Under the pieces are notes generated by a model that saw only the letters and a list, made by a program, of their open reading frames with translations, was not told the origin of the DNA and searched no databases. Shown piece after piece: positions 11,503 to 21,740 of a DNA stretch of 31,167 bases. How positions within the stretch are numbered: the stretch's first letter is position 1; each line of letters opens with the position of its first letter. Origin of the DNA: Octopus sinensis (lineage: Eukaryota). Location: positions 1 to 31,167 of the forward strand of contig NW_021832895.1 of NCBI RefSeq assembly GCF_006345805.1, written 5' to 3'. The position numbers and the translations under genes are program-made.

Positions 11503-11671
11503 AACCCCTTGAAACAGTGGGTGAGTCAATTACTTCCATCCCAGTGCGTCGACACCGGAAGGTTGAAACGCACAGTAGACCTCGGTGGCATTTGAACTCA
11601 GAGTGCAAAAATGGGCGAAATACCACGAAGCATTTTGCCCAGCGTGCTAACGATTCTGTGAGCTCCTTGCC
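11503..11671 (-). mobile_element. Old SINE family A copy with internal deletion and truncated tail
   Basis: gacctcggtggcatttgaactcagag...gaaatacc...gcattttgcccagcgtgctaacgattctg matches the family A body and head. Confidence 0.8.
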
Positions 11672-13083
11672 GTCTTCTCATTCTTAAATTTAATTATTAA
11701 TTTACAAAGAAGCTGTATTTGAAATCTTTACAGAAGTTTTAAAATGTACTGGACGTATATTGGTAGCACTTGAATTTTGTGCTTCATTTGGCACTACAAT
11801 TCGTCTTTGAAAATGCATGATGTAAGTAACACATCATTCTCTGCGCATTTACTCATTCAGTTTTCTTTCTTCCTCTCTACCAAAATATTTTCAAAATTCC
11901 TTCTGTTGGGACAACCAAAGGCTTGTGTCACTTTAGCTTTACACGAATTCATGTGCGTATAATCGAAAGTCAAGACAAGTATATGCATTGCAATTTGTAC
12001 TCCATTACCATCACCAATAAATTCAAGAATGTCTTCTCATGGGACAACAAAAAGAAGGCACTATGAATAATCTACACACCAAAATATGCAAGTGTACATA
12101 TTCGAAACGCTAGGTGTGTATATGACTTACTAAAGTAACCGAGTTGTTTCATACTTGGTATTTCCTTGACATATGTTCTAAAGATTGATTCTAACCGTGA
12201 CAGTTTCTATCTTTATGTCACAAATATATAACAAACGATACAGTTGAATGACTTGAAATTTGTGTAGAATTATTGTATATTTCCTTGATCCTGATTATAT
12301 AACATTGAACGTCAGCATCAGCATAATTTGAACTTGGAACATAAAGAAAGGCAACTCTACCGTGAGAAATCCTTAATATAGCAGATGCGTACGTCATCAG
12401 CTGCCATAAATGTGAACGGATACTTTTCATTCACCGGTTCCCAGTGAATTTATCTCCTTAAACTAAAGCCATGACATTGAAAGTATTTTGTTGTCTCTAA
12501 GAAAACATTTCTTGGCTACAATTAATTCAAGTATGAAGACTCGCATAAACATTTATTGATCCGACATGTACGCCAGATAAATTATAGGTCGTAGCAGGAG
12601 TTACAAATTGCTGTTGTTGATGCAGTGGAAACCGTCTTAGGTAAATATTTCAACGTCTGGAATATGAAGTTCTCTGCACTAACACAGAGAATTTTTTTTC
12701 TTCAAAATCCGGCCGTGTGGAAACGATTGGGCTTCCTGGTATAGCGTTAGAAACACAGATGTTATTACAGGGAAATAGTGTAATTCTGATCGGAATAACG
12801 TACGTTAAACCTTCTCCTATTTCAACCTCTAGCGAAATGTCTGACGAAATCAACTGACTTTTGCTCTCTTTGTTTACATTTTCTTCATCGTTCTATATTG
12901 ACGACTGAAACATCGCTATGAACTGTCACGTTTCACAGAACTCTGTGTAGGAGATATTTTCCATCAAGATTAACAAAGAAGAAAAAACAAAAATATTTTC
13001 ATTTTTTTTCCACCGGAAAGACTTGGCGAAATTCGAACATCTAACTCATTACCTGAAGTAGAAGAAAGGTTTAGCTATAAATA

Positions 13084-13251
13084 TTGGTTTTAAATTTGGG
13101 CACAAGGCAAGCAGGTTTGGGGGTGAGGGACTAAGTCAGTCATATTGATCCCAGTGTTCAAATGGTAATTATTTTATTGACCCCCAAGGGATAAAAGGTA
13201 GAGTCGACGTAAACGGAATTTGAACTCAGAACGTAGCGGTAGACGAAATAC
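13084..13251 (-). mobile_element. Old SINE family A (alternative tail), truncated at gaaatac
   Basis: Tail ttggttttaaatttgggcacaagg, body ...ggaatttgaactcagaacgtagcggtagacgaaatac, joined directly to the young copy. Confidence 0.8.
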
Positions 13252-13485
13252 CTATTTCTTTACTACCCACAAGGAGCTAAACACAGAGGGGACAAACAAG
13301 GACAGACAAAGGGATTAAGTCGATTACATCGACCTCAGTGCGTAACTGGTACTTAATTTATCAATCCCGAAAGGATGAAAGGCAAAGTCGACCTCGGCGG
13401 AATTTGAACTCAGAACGTAACGGCAGACGAAATACGGCTACGCATTTCGCCCGGTGTGCTAACGATTCTGCCACCTCGCTGTCTT
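13252..13485 (-). mobile_element. tRNA-derived SINE, family A, young-type tail
   Basis: Near-identical to 781-1026 and 3291-3524. Confidence 0.9.
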
Positions 13486-13587
13486 TTGTCTACAAATATT
13501 AAGAAATATTCCCAACGCCACCAGAACTATGGCTAGCAGGATTATTGTTTACCCGTGTTTATATATATATATATATATATATATATT

Positions 13588-13702
13588 CAGGGACCCTTAA
13601 AATACTATTGTGAACCCCCAAATTTGCTTTCTTGTCGCGTGGACCCGCAAGAATCTTATATGGACATTCAGGGGCCATATGGATCCAGGTTGAGAACCAC
13701 TG
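13588..13702. mobile_element. hAT/Charlie-like MITE end fragment
   Basis: Ends in gttgagaaccactg (reverse complement CAGTGGTTCTCAAC, a Charlie/MER5-type terminal repeat), followed by atctaaac, which resembles the NTCTAGAN target. Partner end not seen; a (TA)n lies to the left. Confidence 0.5.
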
Positions 13703-13899
13703 ATCTAAACATTGACAGGTATTGGTTGAGTCGATGAGCTAGTTACATCCAGCGATATGAACTTCTACGCTGTAGATAACTGTAGGAGAGATTTAATAAA
13801 ATTATTTTCAGAGTTTACTTCCAGAAGATAAAATCATCACCTTCAGAATTAAGGTAAACATAATACATTTATTATATAATAATAATAATAATGATAATA

Positions 13900-14137
13900 A
13901 CCTTTTGAGCGATATGGGCTACTCGGCCTGAAGAAAATTCTACCTGGGCCCCATCTGCAAGGTCATGTGCTGTTAATCTTGATATGAGATAATCATGTCG
14001 CGCACATATGGTTGTGAAGCATGTGCCTGGTGTACCCTTATCAGACGGTTTGTCAATATGAGTATATTGGGGTTTTATATTTGTACTCCGGAGTCACTTT
14101 GATGGCATGCTCTGCTCACTCACTCAATAATAATAAT
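13900..14137 (+). mobile_element. Retroposon 3'-end-like interspersed repeat with (AAT)n tail
   Basis: Ends ...gatggcatgctctgctcactcactcaataataataat and is flanked by AAT repeats on both sides. Resembles an abundant Octopus repeat from recall; family not identified. Confidence 0.45.
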
Positions 14138-14222
14138 GGTTTCAAATTTTGCCTCAATTTTGGGGTGGGGATGAGTCGACTACAACGATCCCAGAGTTCA
14201 AATGGTATTTATTTTATCAACC
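14138..14222 (-). mobile_element. SINE family A 3' half (alternative tail), truncated at the LINE copy 2 3' end
   Basis: tggtttcaaattttgcc...ggggatgagtcgactacaacgatcccagagttcaaatggtatttattttatc matches 13084-13180. Confidence 0.65.
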
Positions 14223-14299
14223 AAAGAAACCTCACACACTTTGGATCTCCTAACACCAAAGGAAGGCACTCCTCTCTTCATTCCATCCGGCCTACAGGC

Positions 14300-17200
14300 G
14301 CTTAGAGTAGGCCCATTCACACGAGCCATCCTTTCCTACATTCACCCACCTTTCAACAAACTTACTGGGTGACAGCACCTCCTTCTCCAGCCTCACCATT
14401 TCAAATGGGACCTGATAAATTCAATGAGGCCTTGGCCAAAGAGGAAGGTCATCGTGTTTAACCCTTTCAATTGCGTCCACCACACAACCTCTTTCGCTAT
14501 AGCCATCTGGCAGAGAAAAACTTCCTGTCCTTCCTGGCCAAAGGAAGGAGGCGGGGAGATCTTCACGATGGACACGGACGATAGCCTATGCGGTTGGCGG
14601 AAGTTCCACCCTGGAGTTCAACAAAGCTCCACAAGTCAGCAATGCGTGGACACTGTACGAGATGATGCAGAACTCATTGCTCCGTGTGCATCTCGGATAA
14701 GCCCGTCTGACACGCGAACCGGCAGAGACCCCCGGTACTACTGCCAGGCCAAGGATTTCTGGAAGTTATCCATAGACCCCGCCCAGAAAGTCCCTCGGAA
14801 GAGACCAGCCAGTTGATCCATCCTGACGCCCAGAATCTCCCCTAATTCTCTATAGAACTCCATGTTGGAACTTCCACCGACCGCATTGGCTGACTGACCG
14901 AGAGTTGTGAGCGCTTGGAGACACTCTAGGTGCCAAGTGCCCTGCCTCGGTCTACGCCTGATCAAGGACTGTCGCCCTGTCAAAGAGACGAGCTGCAGAA
15001 AAGTACGTTCAACAAACGGCGACCACGCCCGCTCATCGTTAAGGTATTACTGGAGATGTAGCAGCCTCTGCGCATCATCAGCCATGACCTGCCCAGTCCT
15101 CCACGCAACAGAAAATGGACTGTCTGACAAGCAGTTCCTGTCACTTCCACAGGAAGCAAAAGAGCAAATTCACCAGCCCATTCATCCACAAAGCGGGGCA
15201 AGGGACGACAGTTAGGAAGTAGCATATGATGGATGCGATGTACCCATTTGCCATCTCTGCCCAACATTTCAGGGACAGCTACCGCTCGCCCTATTTCTGG
15301 GTGAGATTGACCACCCTGTCTGTCACCTCACCCTAGTTCTTGTCCTCTTGGAGGTCCGGATCGAACCAGACCCCGAGCAACTTAACCGATCCTTCCGTCC
15401 AGCGCCCCTTAACGCTGTCAGTTGGAAAGGACCTGCCTCTTGGTCAGTCGGCAAGGACATGCTAAGCTGCAGACCCACTGGCTTCTCCTGGTCAATCATT
15501 CCTCCTGTCACCGACTCGTATTCCCTTAGGGTAGCGCCGATCATCTCGATTTCCGAGACGTCCGACACTATCACGGGGATATCGTCTGCATATGCCGATA
15601 CGAACATTCCACGTCCTAGTTCATATGGAGTGCCCCTCGAAACATCCAGCTTTCGCAGTAATGACTCGAGTGCCAGTACGTAGAGAAAGATTGAGAGTGG
15701 GCATCCTTGACAGACCGAAAATGAAATACAAAACGATTTCGAGAGGTGGCCAAACAAATGTTGCTGTACATTGCAGAGATCCAGCCTCTGAAAACGGGAC
15801 CGAAACCAGCCACCACCTTAAGGACAGCTTCTAAGTACTGATGGTCGACCTGTCGAAATATTTCAATTAATCCAAATTGATCAGGGCCCCATTCATGCCA
15901 GGTTCTTTACCAACCCTCTCTATGATGTATCACGTAAGGTGGATGTTGTAGTGGATAGATCTGTTAGTGATAGCGCAAGTCTGCGCACCACCCATCAGTC
16001 TGTCCACGACAAGTGCCAACCTCTTTGCTAACACCTTGGCCAAAGTTTTGCAAGCTGTATTTAGCAGAGTTACTGGTATAAAGTTATCAACAATGTCCCC
16101 CTTGTTCGGATCCATTCTCAGTAGCGTCACAAAATCTCGGCTCACAGATCCGAGTATTCTTCTATTCTGCTGCCAGTTGTGGTAGACGTATATCAAAAGC
16201 TCACTCAACAAGCCTGGCATATGTATATAAAGCTCGAAGGGCAGACCATCCAATACCGGACAACTCTCCTTCGTGCAACTAGCCAACGCATCACGTATAT
16301 CTTCAGCTGTTATCGGCATTTCTCAGAACTCCATACACTGGCCGAAAGCCGCGGCAGACCATCGAGGTGGGAAGTGAAGTTCACCTCCGCCTCCAGGCCA
16401 CCACGCCCCCCGTACAGTTCAGCAAAGTGCCGCTGAAATTCCATAGAACTGCTTGGACTCGTGTATCATGCGTCCGTCCTGACACCTCAAAGACCGAATT
16501 GTAGTTTTATTACCACGTTGTGCCTCGGCCACCCGGACCCATCGAACGGCTTTCGTTCCTTCCTACTTTAGAACACGCCCCCTAACTCTGACAATTCGAC
16601 CTCCATGCTTGGTATTAAAGAACTGGTTCAGAACCAATCTTGATGCCAGCGCGTCGGTTGCTACGCCTCTATTGAGTGCCTTTTCTAATTTCCTAACTAG
16701 GCCTCCCTCCTGTACTCTAGTATTCTCTATCTCTAGTTCTCTGCTAAATTTTACAAGTTCTACTCTAATCTCCCGTTTTAGGGCTATCTACCATCGGTTG
16801 TTGACGACTGCACCTGTCAACTTTCGATGAACTAATTTGCTAAGTCAGTCTCTGAAAGCTTGATGCGTCGGGAAGGACGCGTTCAGCTTCCAGTATCTGA
16901 GACCCTGCATATAAAGTCTATCTGGGTCAACCGTACAGATCACAAATTTGAGGTCTGTATAGGTGACGAGCTCGATCTTTGAACAACCTATGCTATCTCT
17001 TTCTGGTGACCTAAAAAATATCTAGATAAGATCTGGATGACCCAACGCTGTTTGCCCAAGTTCACACTGGGGCATTCGGCTAATCCAGTCTTAACCTGTC
17101 TGCCAGTTGAAAACTACTGAGCAGGTTTGTGAAGCTTGCGCACCCCTCCTTCCTATCTGCTAGTCCCACTTAATTCACACGTGCATCCGAGATTGCGTTC

Positions 17201-17601
17201 TAGTCGCCCACACACCCTAAAAAAGCGAGACGTCCCTAGAAGGACCTCCAGACATCTGAAGAAATCCGGCTGCCCCGATCCAGTCGGTGCATACACAGTG
17301 GCCAATCTAAAAACACTGCCTTTATTATCGTTCACGTCTAGAACCACCGACTTCCCCTCCAAGTTCAGGAAGAATAACTGTATCTCGAGATCCAGGCCTT
17401 TTCTGAACCCGCCCCCATTCCTGGTCAACTAAGAGATTTAAAAATCTCAAAATCGTCAAAAATGGGTGCCTGAGTGTGTGCGTTCACGATCCTGGTTTCA
17501 CTGATGGCTATTATATCCAAATTCAGCCACCTGAGCGACTTTGCTTCCAGGATGACCCCCAGGCCACGTACAGTTATGCAACCTACTCTTACCACCGCCA
17601 T
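14300..17601 (-). pseudogene. LINE ORF2 (APE endonuclease, RT, zf-RVT), frameshifted
   Basis: MAVVRVGCITVRGL at 17601, LDIIAISETR, TVYAP, PVLDGLPFELY, FIPVTLLNTACKTLAKVL, FDRVDH, QGCPLS, SAYADD, LHHLVQCP and RLEKEVLSPSKFVERW (cf. RLEKECLSPDIFKKRW in copy 1). Confidence 0.92.
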
Positions 17602-17639
17602 ACTGGTCTAAAAGAAACGAAAGAGTGATGAGGAATGTT

Positions 17640-19717
17640 ACTTATTCTCCTGGGGCCATTGGAGAGCGGGTGGTCTCACCTCCATTTCTTCGTTGGGCTC
17701 CTTTGGGAACTCCTGTAGAAGCCTTGCATTGGCATTTAATTTGACGGTTCCTTATATCGTCTGGAAAGCCATCCCTAATTGTTTGGAAAGTGTCCAAGTC
17801 CACCATTACCATCATTAAGTCCTTTGGTACGTTCTACGTGCTGGTCTAAGAAGATTTCCACCCACCTTTTTCAATGTCTTCCTTTCGTGATAAGAGCGCC
17901 ATCAGGTTTTTGTTGACCCTCCTTACTAACACAACGTTAGCTGCCCTTCGTTGTTCTTTGTTGGTCTTGTTGCATTTGTAATGTGTATTCCTTTTCGGAT
18001 ATTTTTCTGTCTGCAGTGGGGGATGGTGCTTGTGGTGCTTTAGCTGATGATTGTGGTGCGGCAGGAGTTGTCTGAGTGTCTGCGTTTGTTGCGGGGGGGG
18101 GTGAAGATTCTTTGTTATCTTGTTTTGGCGCAGGACAAGACGTCTCGCCTCTATGACTTCTTTTCGTTTTTTATTTTAATTTACTCTGTTCCCCTTCATC
18201 ATCACTTTTGAATGAGAAGGAACCAGTGTTGTATGTTGCAACCTCATCCTCTCTGTGTGCATGTTGCAATCTCCTCCTCCTCTCTGTGTGCATGTTGCAA
18301 TCTCCTCCTCCTCTGTGTGTGCATGTGAATTCTTGTTTTTATGTGTACATTTTTCTGCGAGTTTGTTTGTGAGAGGTGGTGTCGTTGAATTTAGTTGCGC
18401 GGTATTGGTTTTCGTGGTTGACCTTTCCGAGGGTTTTCTGGCTGGTGCTGTCGTTACGCCTGCCACTGCCACCGCAGCTATTTTTGTTGCTTTACCTGTT
18501 GTTGGTGGTGATCTTTCTACAGCTAGTATGGTTTTTTGTTTTCCCTGCCATGCTGTTGGTGTCAACAGAGGTCCACGGACCACAGTACCTTTTCGATGAG
18601 GGCAGCAGGCTAGTAGATGTGTTACTTCACCGCATGCGAAGCAATGAGGCCTTCTGCCCTCGGTGATCAAAGATAATTTCGTACCGTCCTTGAGTCGGAC
18701 ATGGTCTGAGATATTCTCCAAGTCTTGTGGTTTTATTTGGATTCGCATTTTCAAATCCATCCCAACCCAGTCTCCTCTTTGCGTCCGGTGAACTTTTAGG
18801 GGAAGTGTGTCGCTGCAATCTGCGATCACGCATCCTACGAGCCACCATGTGTTGATACCTGGTGTTATTCCGGGGACTCGAAGTTTTATTGTTCTTCTCC
18901 CCATTTAGGACGGGTACATCATAAGCTGGTCGGTTTTACGGAGTCCCGCCGAATGCTTCATGGCCAGCTCTTTTGTTTTAAAAAGGACCGAGATGGTACC
19001 AAAACTTCGAGCACTTTAAATGAATTCGACATCCGCTCTGATTGATCTCAATGCCATCTCCATCTGAGGGTGGGAGGATTATTCTGCTCTCCGAGACTGT
19101 ACTGAGACGCATCTATACTTTACTGTCCTCTTTTCAATTTCTACCTCCACTTTGGCTGGGAATTGCTTAGAATTTTTTCTGTTTTTATGAGTTTGTGGGC
19201 CAGGGCTAACATCTCTTTTTTGTTGAAGATGTCATAGTACTTTTGTTGGCATTTCGCAGCTGCTGCTTCAAAATCGCTTGTTCTACTCTCACAGTTGATG
19301 GTGGTGGAATCGTTCACTTTGTTACAATTTTTGTTACTTTTAAATACACCCAACTCTGTTGACGTTGGTATTGGTTGTGTTCTCATCGATGCTTTTGTTG
19401 TTATTCGTTCTTATTGTTTTCTATCGTTATAATTTTTTATTTTCTGTGTTGTTATCAGTTAGCATGGAATTTTCCACATTATTTCTGTTTGAGGAGTTGG
19501 CAGTTACATTTTTGTTGCCTATTCGATTATCGAGTGATTGTGTATCTTCCATTGTGTCGCTTTTCTCTGTCGTAATACATTTTTGTTCTTTGCGGTTAAT
19601 TTTCTCGCTGTTCATAGAGTCTGTGGGGCTTTTGGATTCGTTATCAATTTTGTCCTCAAAATTGTTACTTGTGTCAACGAAAATTAAATTTCCGTGACTT
19701 TTCTTGCTGTCACACAC
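17640..19717 (-). pseudogene. LINE ORF1 (gag-like, CCHC zinc knuckle), frameshifted
   Basis: ORF 18176-18904 contains RRPHCFACGEVTHLLACC (CX2CX4HX4C) and GRRTIKLRV. Asn/Ser/Lys-rich N-terminal pieces lie at 19141-19717. Confidence 0.78.
18234..18323. repeat. Three-copy 28-31 bp minisatellite inside ORF1
   Basis: Units tgttgcaacctcatcctctctgtgtgca (28 bp), tgttgcaatctcctcctcctctctgtgtgca (31 bp) and tgttgcaatctcctcctcctctgtgtgtgca (31 bp). Confidence 0.9.
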
Positions 19718-19976
19718 ACTGGTTTGTTTTGCGTTAGTAAGTTACGCCCCTTCACGCCATTTTTCACTTGCGAACGTGTAAACATTTCGCAAATACTAAT
19801 ATTTGGGCATAAGGTCCGACTATTATTTAGTTCTTTTTTTCTGGGGACAAAAACTATTGTCTTATGCTCCCTTTTAAACAATAATATCAACGAAGACAGT
19901 AGTTTTGATAACAAAAATACTTGTCAAGCTTTTACCGACGTTCTAGCCTTCCAGCTGGAAGTAATAAAAATAGTCT

Positions 19977-20187
19977 TTTTTAATACAGGTACAAGGCCTG
20001 AGATTTGGAGAAAAGGGGATAGTTGACTACATCGACCCAGTACTCAACTGGTACATAATTTATCGACCCCGAAAGGATGAAAGGCAAAGTCGACTTCGGC
20101 GGAATTTGAACTCAGAACGTAGCGACAGACGAAATACTGCTAAGCATTTCGCCCGGCGTGCTAACGATTCTGCCAGCTCGCCGCCTT
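19977..20187 (-). mobile_element. SINE family A (alternative tail), complete
   Basis: Tail ggtacaaggcctgagatttgg, then body, then head ...ctgccagctcgccgcctt. Confidence 0.9.
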
Positions 20188-20364
20188 CATCAGTTACTTA
20201 ATCAATAAATTGTATTCCCATTTTATTGTTCCATTATAAAATTAAGAACGGTTATTTAATGTAAGCTGGTTCCACAACTCCAATGCCAATAGTAACATAT
20301 GTTACTATATATATATATATGCATACATGTGTGTGTATCTCTGTGTTTCTGTTCCGTACTACCT

Positions 20365-20470
20365 TTCAGCAAAAGTGACAATTAGAATAAGTACCAGGTT
20401 TAACAAAGAATAAATATTGGGGTCGATTCATTCCACTGAAAGTTCTTGAAAGTGGAGCCTCGGCAAGTCT
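20365..20470 (+). mobile_element. Old SINE 3'-half fragment (family C-like)
   Basis: agaataagtaccaggtttaacaaagaataaatattggggtcgattcatt matches 21540-21590. Confidence 0.55.
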
Positions 20471-20517
20471 ACTAACGGAAACTAGCAAAAGATAAAAAAT
20501 ATATGCACTACCTACAA

Positions 20518-20551
20518 ACACACACACACGCACATATACATACCTGGAGCT

Positions 20552-20589
<38 letters not shown>

Positions 20590-20625
20590 TATACAGACTA
20601 TATGCACAGACACGTACATACACAT
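20518..20625. repeat. (CA)/(TA) microsatellites
   Basis: Direct reading. Confidence 0.85.
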
Positions 20626-21252
20626 ATTATATGTTTAATTATAGTGTGGATGCCAAGGTAACTAAACAAATTGTTCACTTTCTACTGAGGGTTTTCTAAG
20701 TATTCCTCCAGTTCATCATAGAAGCGTGTATAGTATGACATCCGCGCATGCTTATGAACGGGTACCTATACCAATACGCAAAACGTCCGCTCCTGACTGT
20801 TGTACTGTATGTGGATGCTCTTAATGTTCAGTCTAATAATAGTCGCTTCACTTCACTTCAAACGAGTTTGTCGTTGATCTACAAGTGTTTGGTGCTCTTG
20901 TCTTTTTGTGGCAACCTGGGCAATGAAGGGTTTGGAAGACTAAATTTTTGTGTGTGAAATTCTGTTTCTAATTGGGAAAAACACTTACGGATACTTCTTT
21001 AGAAAATACTAATAAATATTATTTGCGGCAGATGCAGTGTTATGAAAAGCACGTGCGATTCGGATCAAGAACATCTACTCAAATTTGACAATGCCACATG
21101 TACATGAACTTCCACAATGACGGACGAGGATCATATTGCGAAAGTGGATGCTGTGAATTATAAAAAAGATGAACAGATAGAATGATATATAAATAGAAGA
21201 AAGGCGTGTGGGTATATGTAAATATGTAAATATATATATATATATACACAGG

Positions 21253-21653
21253 GGCAGGAGTGGCTGTGTGGCAAGTAGCTTGCTTGCCAACCACATGGTT
21301 CCGGGTTCAGTCCCACTGCGTGGCACTTTGGGCAAGTGTCTTCTACTATAGCCTCGGGCCGACCAAATCCTTGTGAATGGATTTGCTAGGCGGAAACTGA
21401 AAAGAAGCCCGTCGTATATATGTATATGTATATATATGGGTTTGTGTGTTTGTGTGTCTGTGTCCCCCCAACATCGCTTGACAACCGATGCTGGTCTGTT
21501 TACGTCCCCGTAACTTAACGGTTCGGCAAAAGAGACTGATAGGATAAGTACTAGGCTTACAAAGAATAAGTTCTGGGGTCGATTTGCTCGACTAAAGGTG
21601 GTGTTCCTGCATGGCCACAGTCAAATTACTGAAACAAGTAAAAGAGTAAAAGA

Positions 21654-21654
<1 letters not shown>
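21253..21654 (+). mobile_element. tRNA-derived CORE-type SINE, family C (octopus OR2-like), complete
   Basis: A-box TGGCTGTGTGG, B-box GGTTCAGTCCC, CORE-like ttgggcaagtgtcttctactatagcctc, internal (TA)/(TG) tract and aaaagagt tail. The OR2 name is from recall and needs checking. Confidence 0.85.
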
Positions 21655-21738
<84 letters not shown>

Positions 21739-21740
21739 TA
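21655..21740. repeat. (TA)n-(GA)n-(GACA)n compound microsatellite
   Basis: Direct reading. Confidence 0.95.

Larger units (their letters stand above)
6543..11503 (-). mobile_element. Near-full-length decayed L1/Tx1-type LINE, copy 1 (5' UTR, ORF1, ORF2, 3' UTR)
   Basis: Ordered ORF1 zinc knuckle, APE endonuclease, RT and C-terminal CCHC motifs on the minus strand. AATAAA on the minus strand at 6543-6548. End coordinates are approximate; no TSD found. Confidence 0.92.
14226..19940 (-). mobile_element. Near-full-length decayed L1/Tx1-type LINE, copy 2 (a distinct subfamily from copy 1)
   Basis: Ordered ORF1, endonuclease, RT and CCHC motifs on the minus strand. Protein motifs are homologous to copy 1 but the DNA is clearly diverged. 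Ends approximate. Confidence 0.92.

Noticed and set aside
12587-12640. Apparent plus-strand exon (ttatag|...|gtaaat)
   Set aside because: All three frames contain a stop within the segment from this acceptor.
7112-18666. Plus-strand ORFs overlapping the LINEs (for example 10666-11154, 14424-14816, 18255-18599)
   Set aside because: Antisense shadows of decayed LINE coding sequence with no independent motifs.
6543-19940. Intact, active LINE
   Set aside because: Both long copies have many stops, frameshifts and deletions in ORF1 and ORF2, and no TSDs were found.
20650-21180. Faint RTE-like peptide hints (FYDELEE on minus, IKNIYSNL on plus)
   Set aside because: Opposite strands, very short and no supporting motifs in order.
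781-21330. tRNA genes suggested by A-box and B-box motifs
   Set aside because: The boxes belong to SINE heads; no complete cloverleaf or anticodon arm could be folded.
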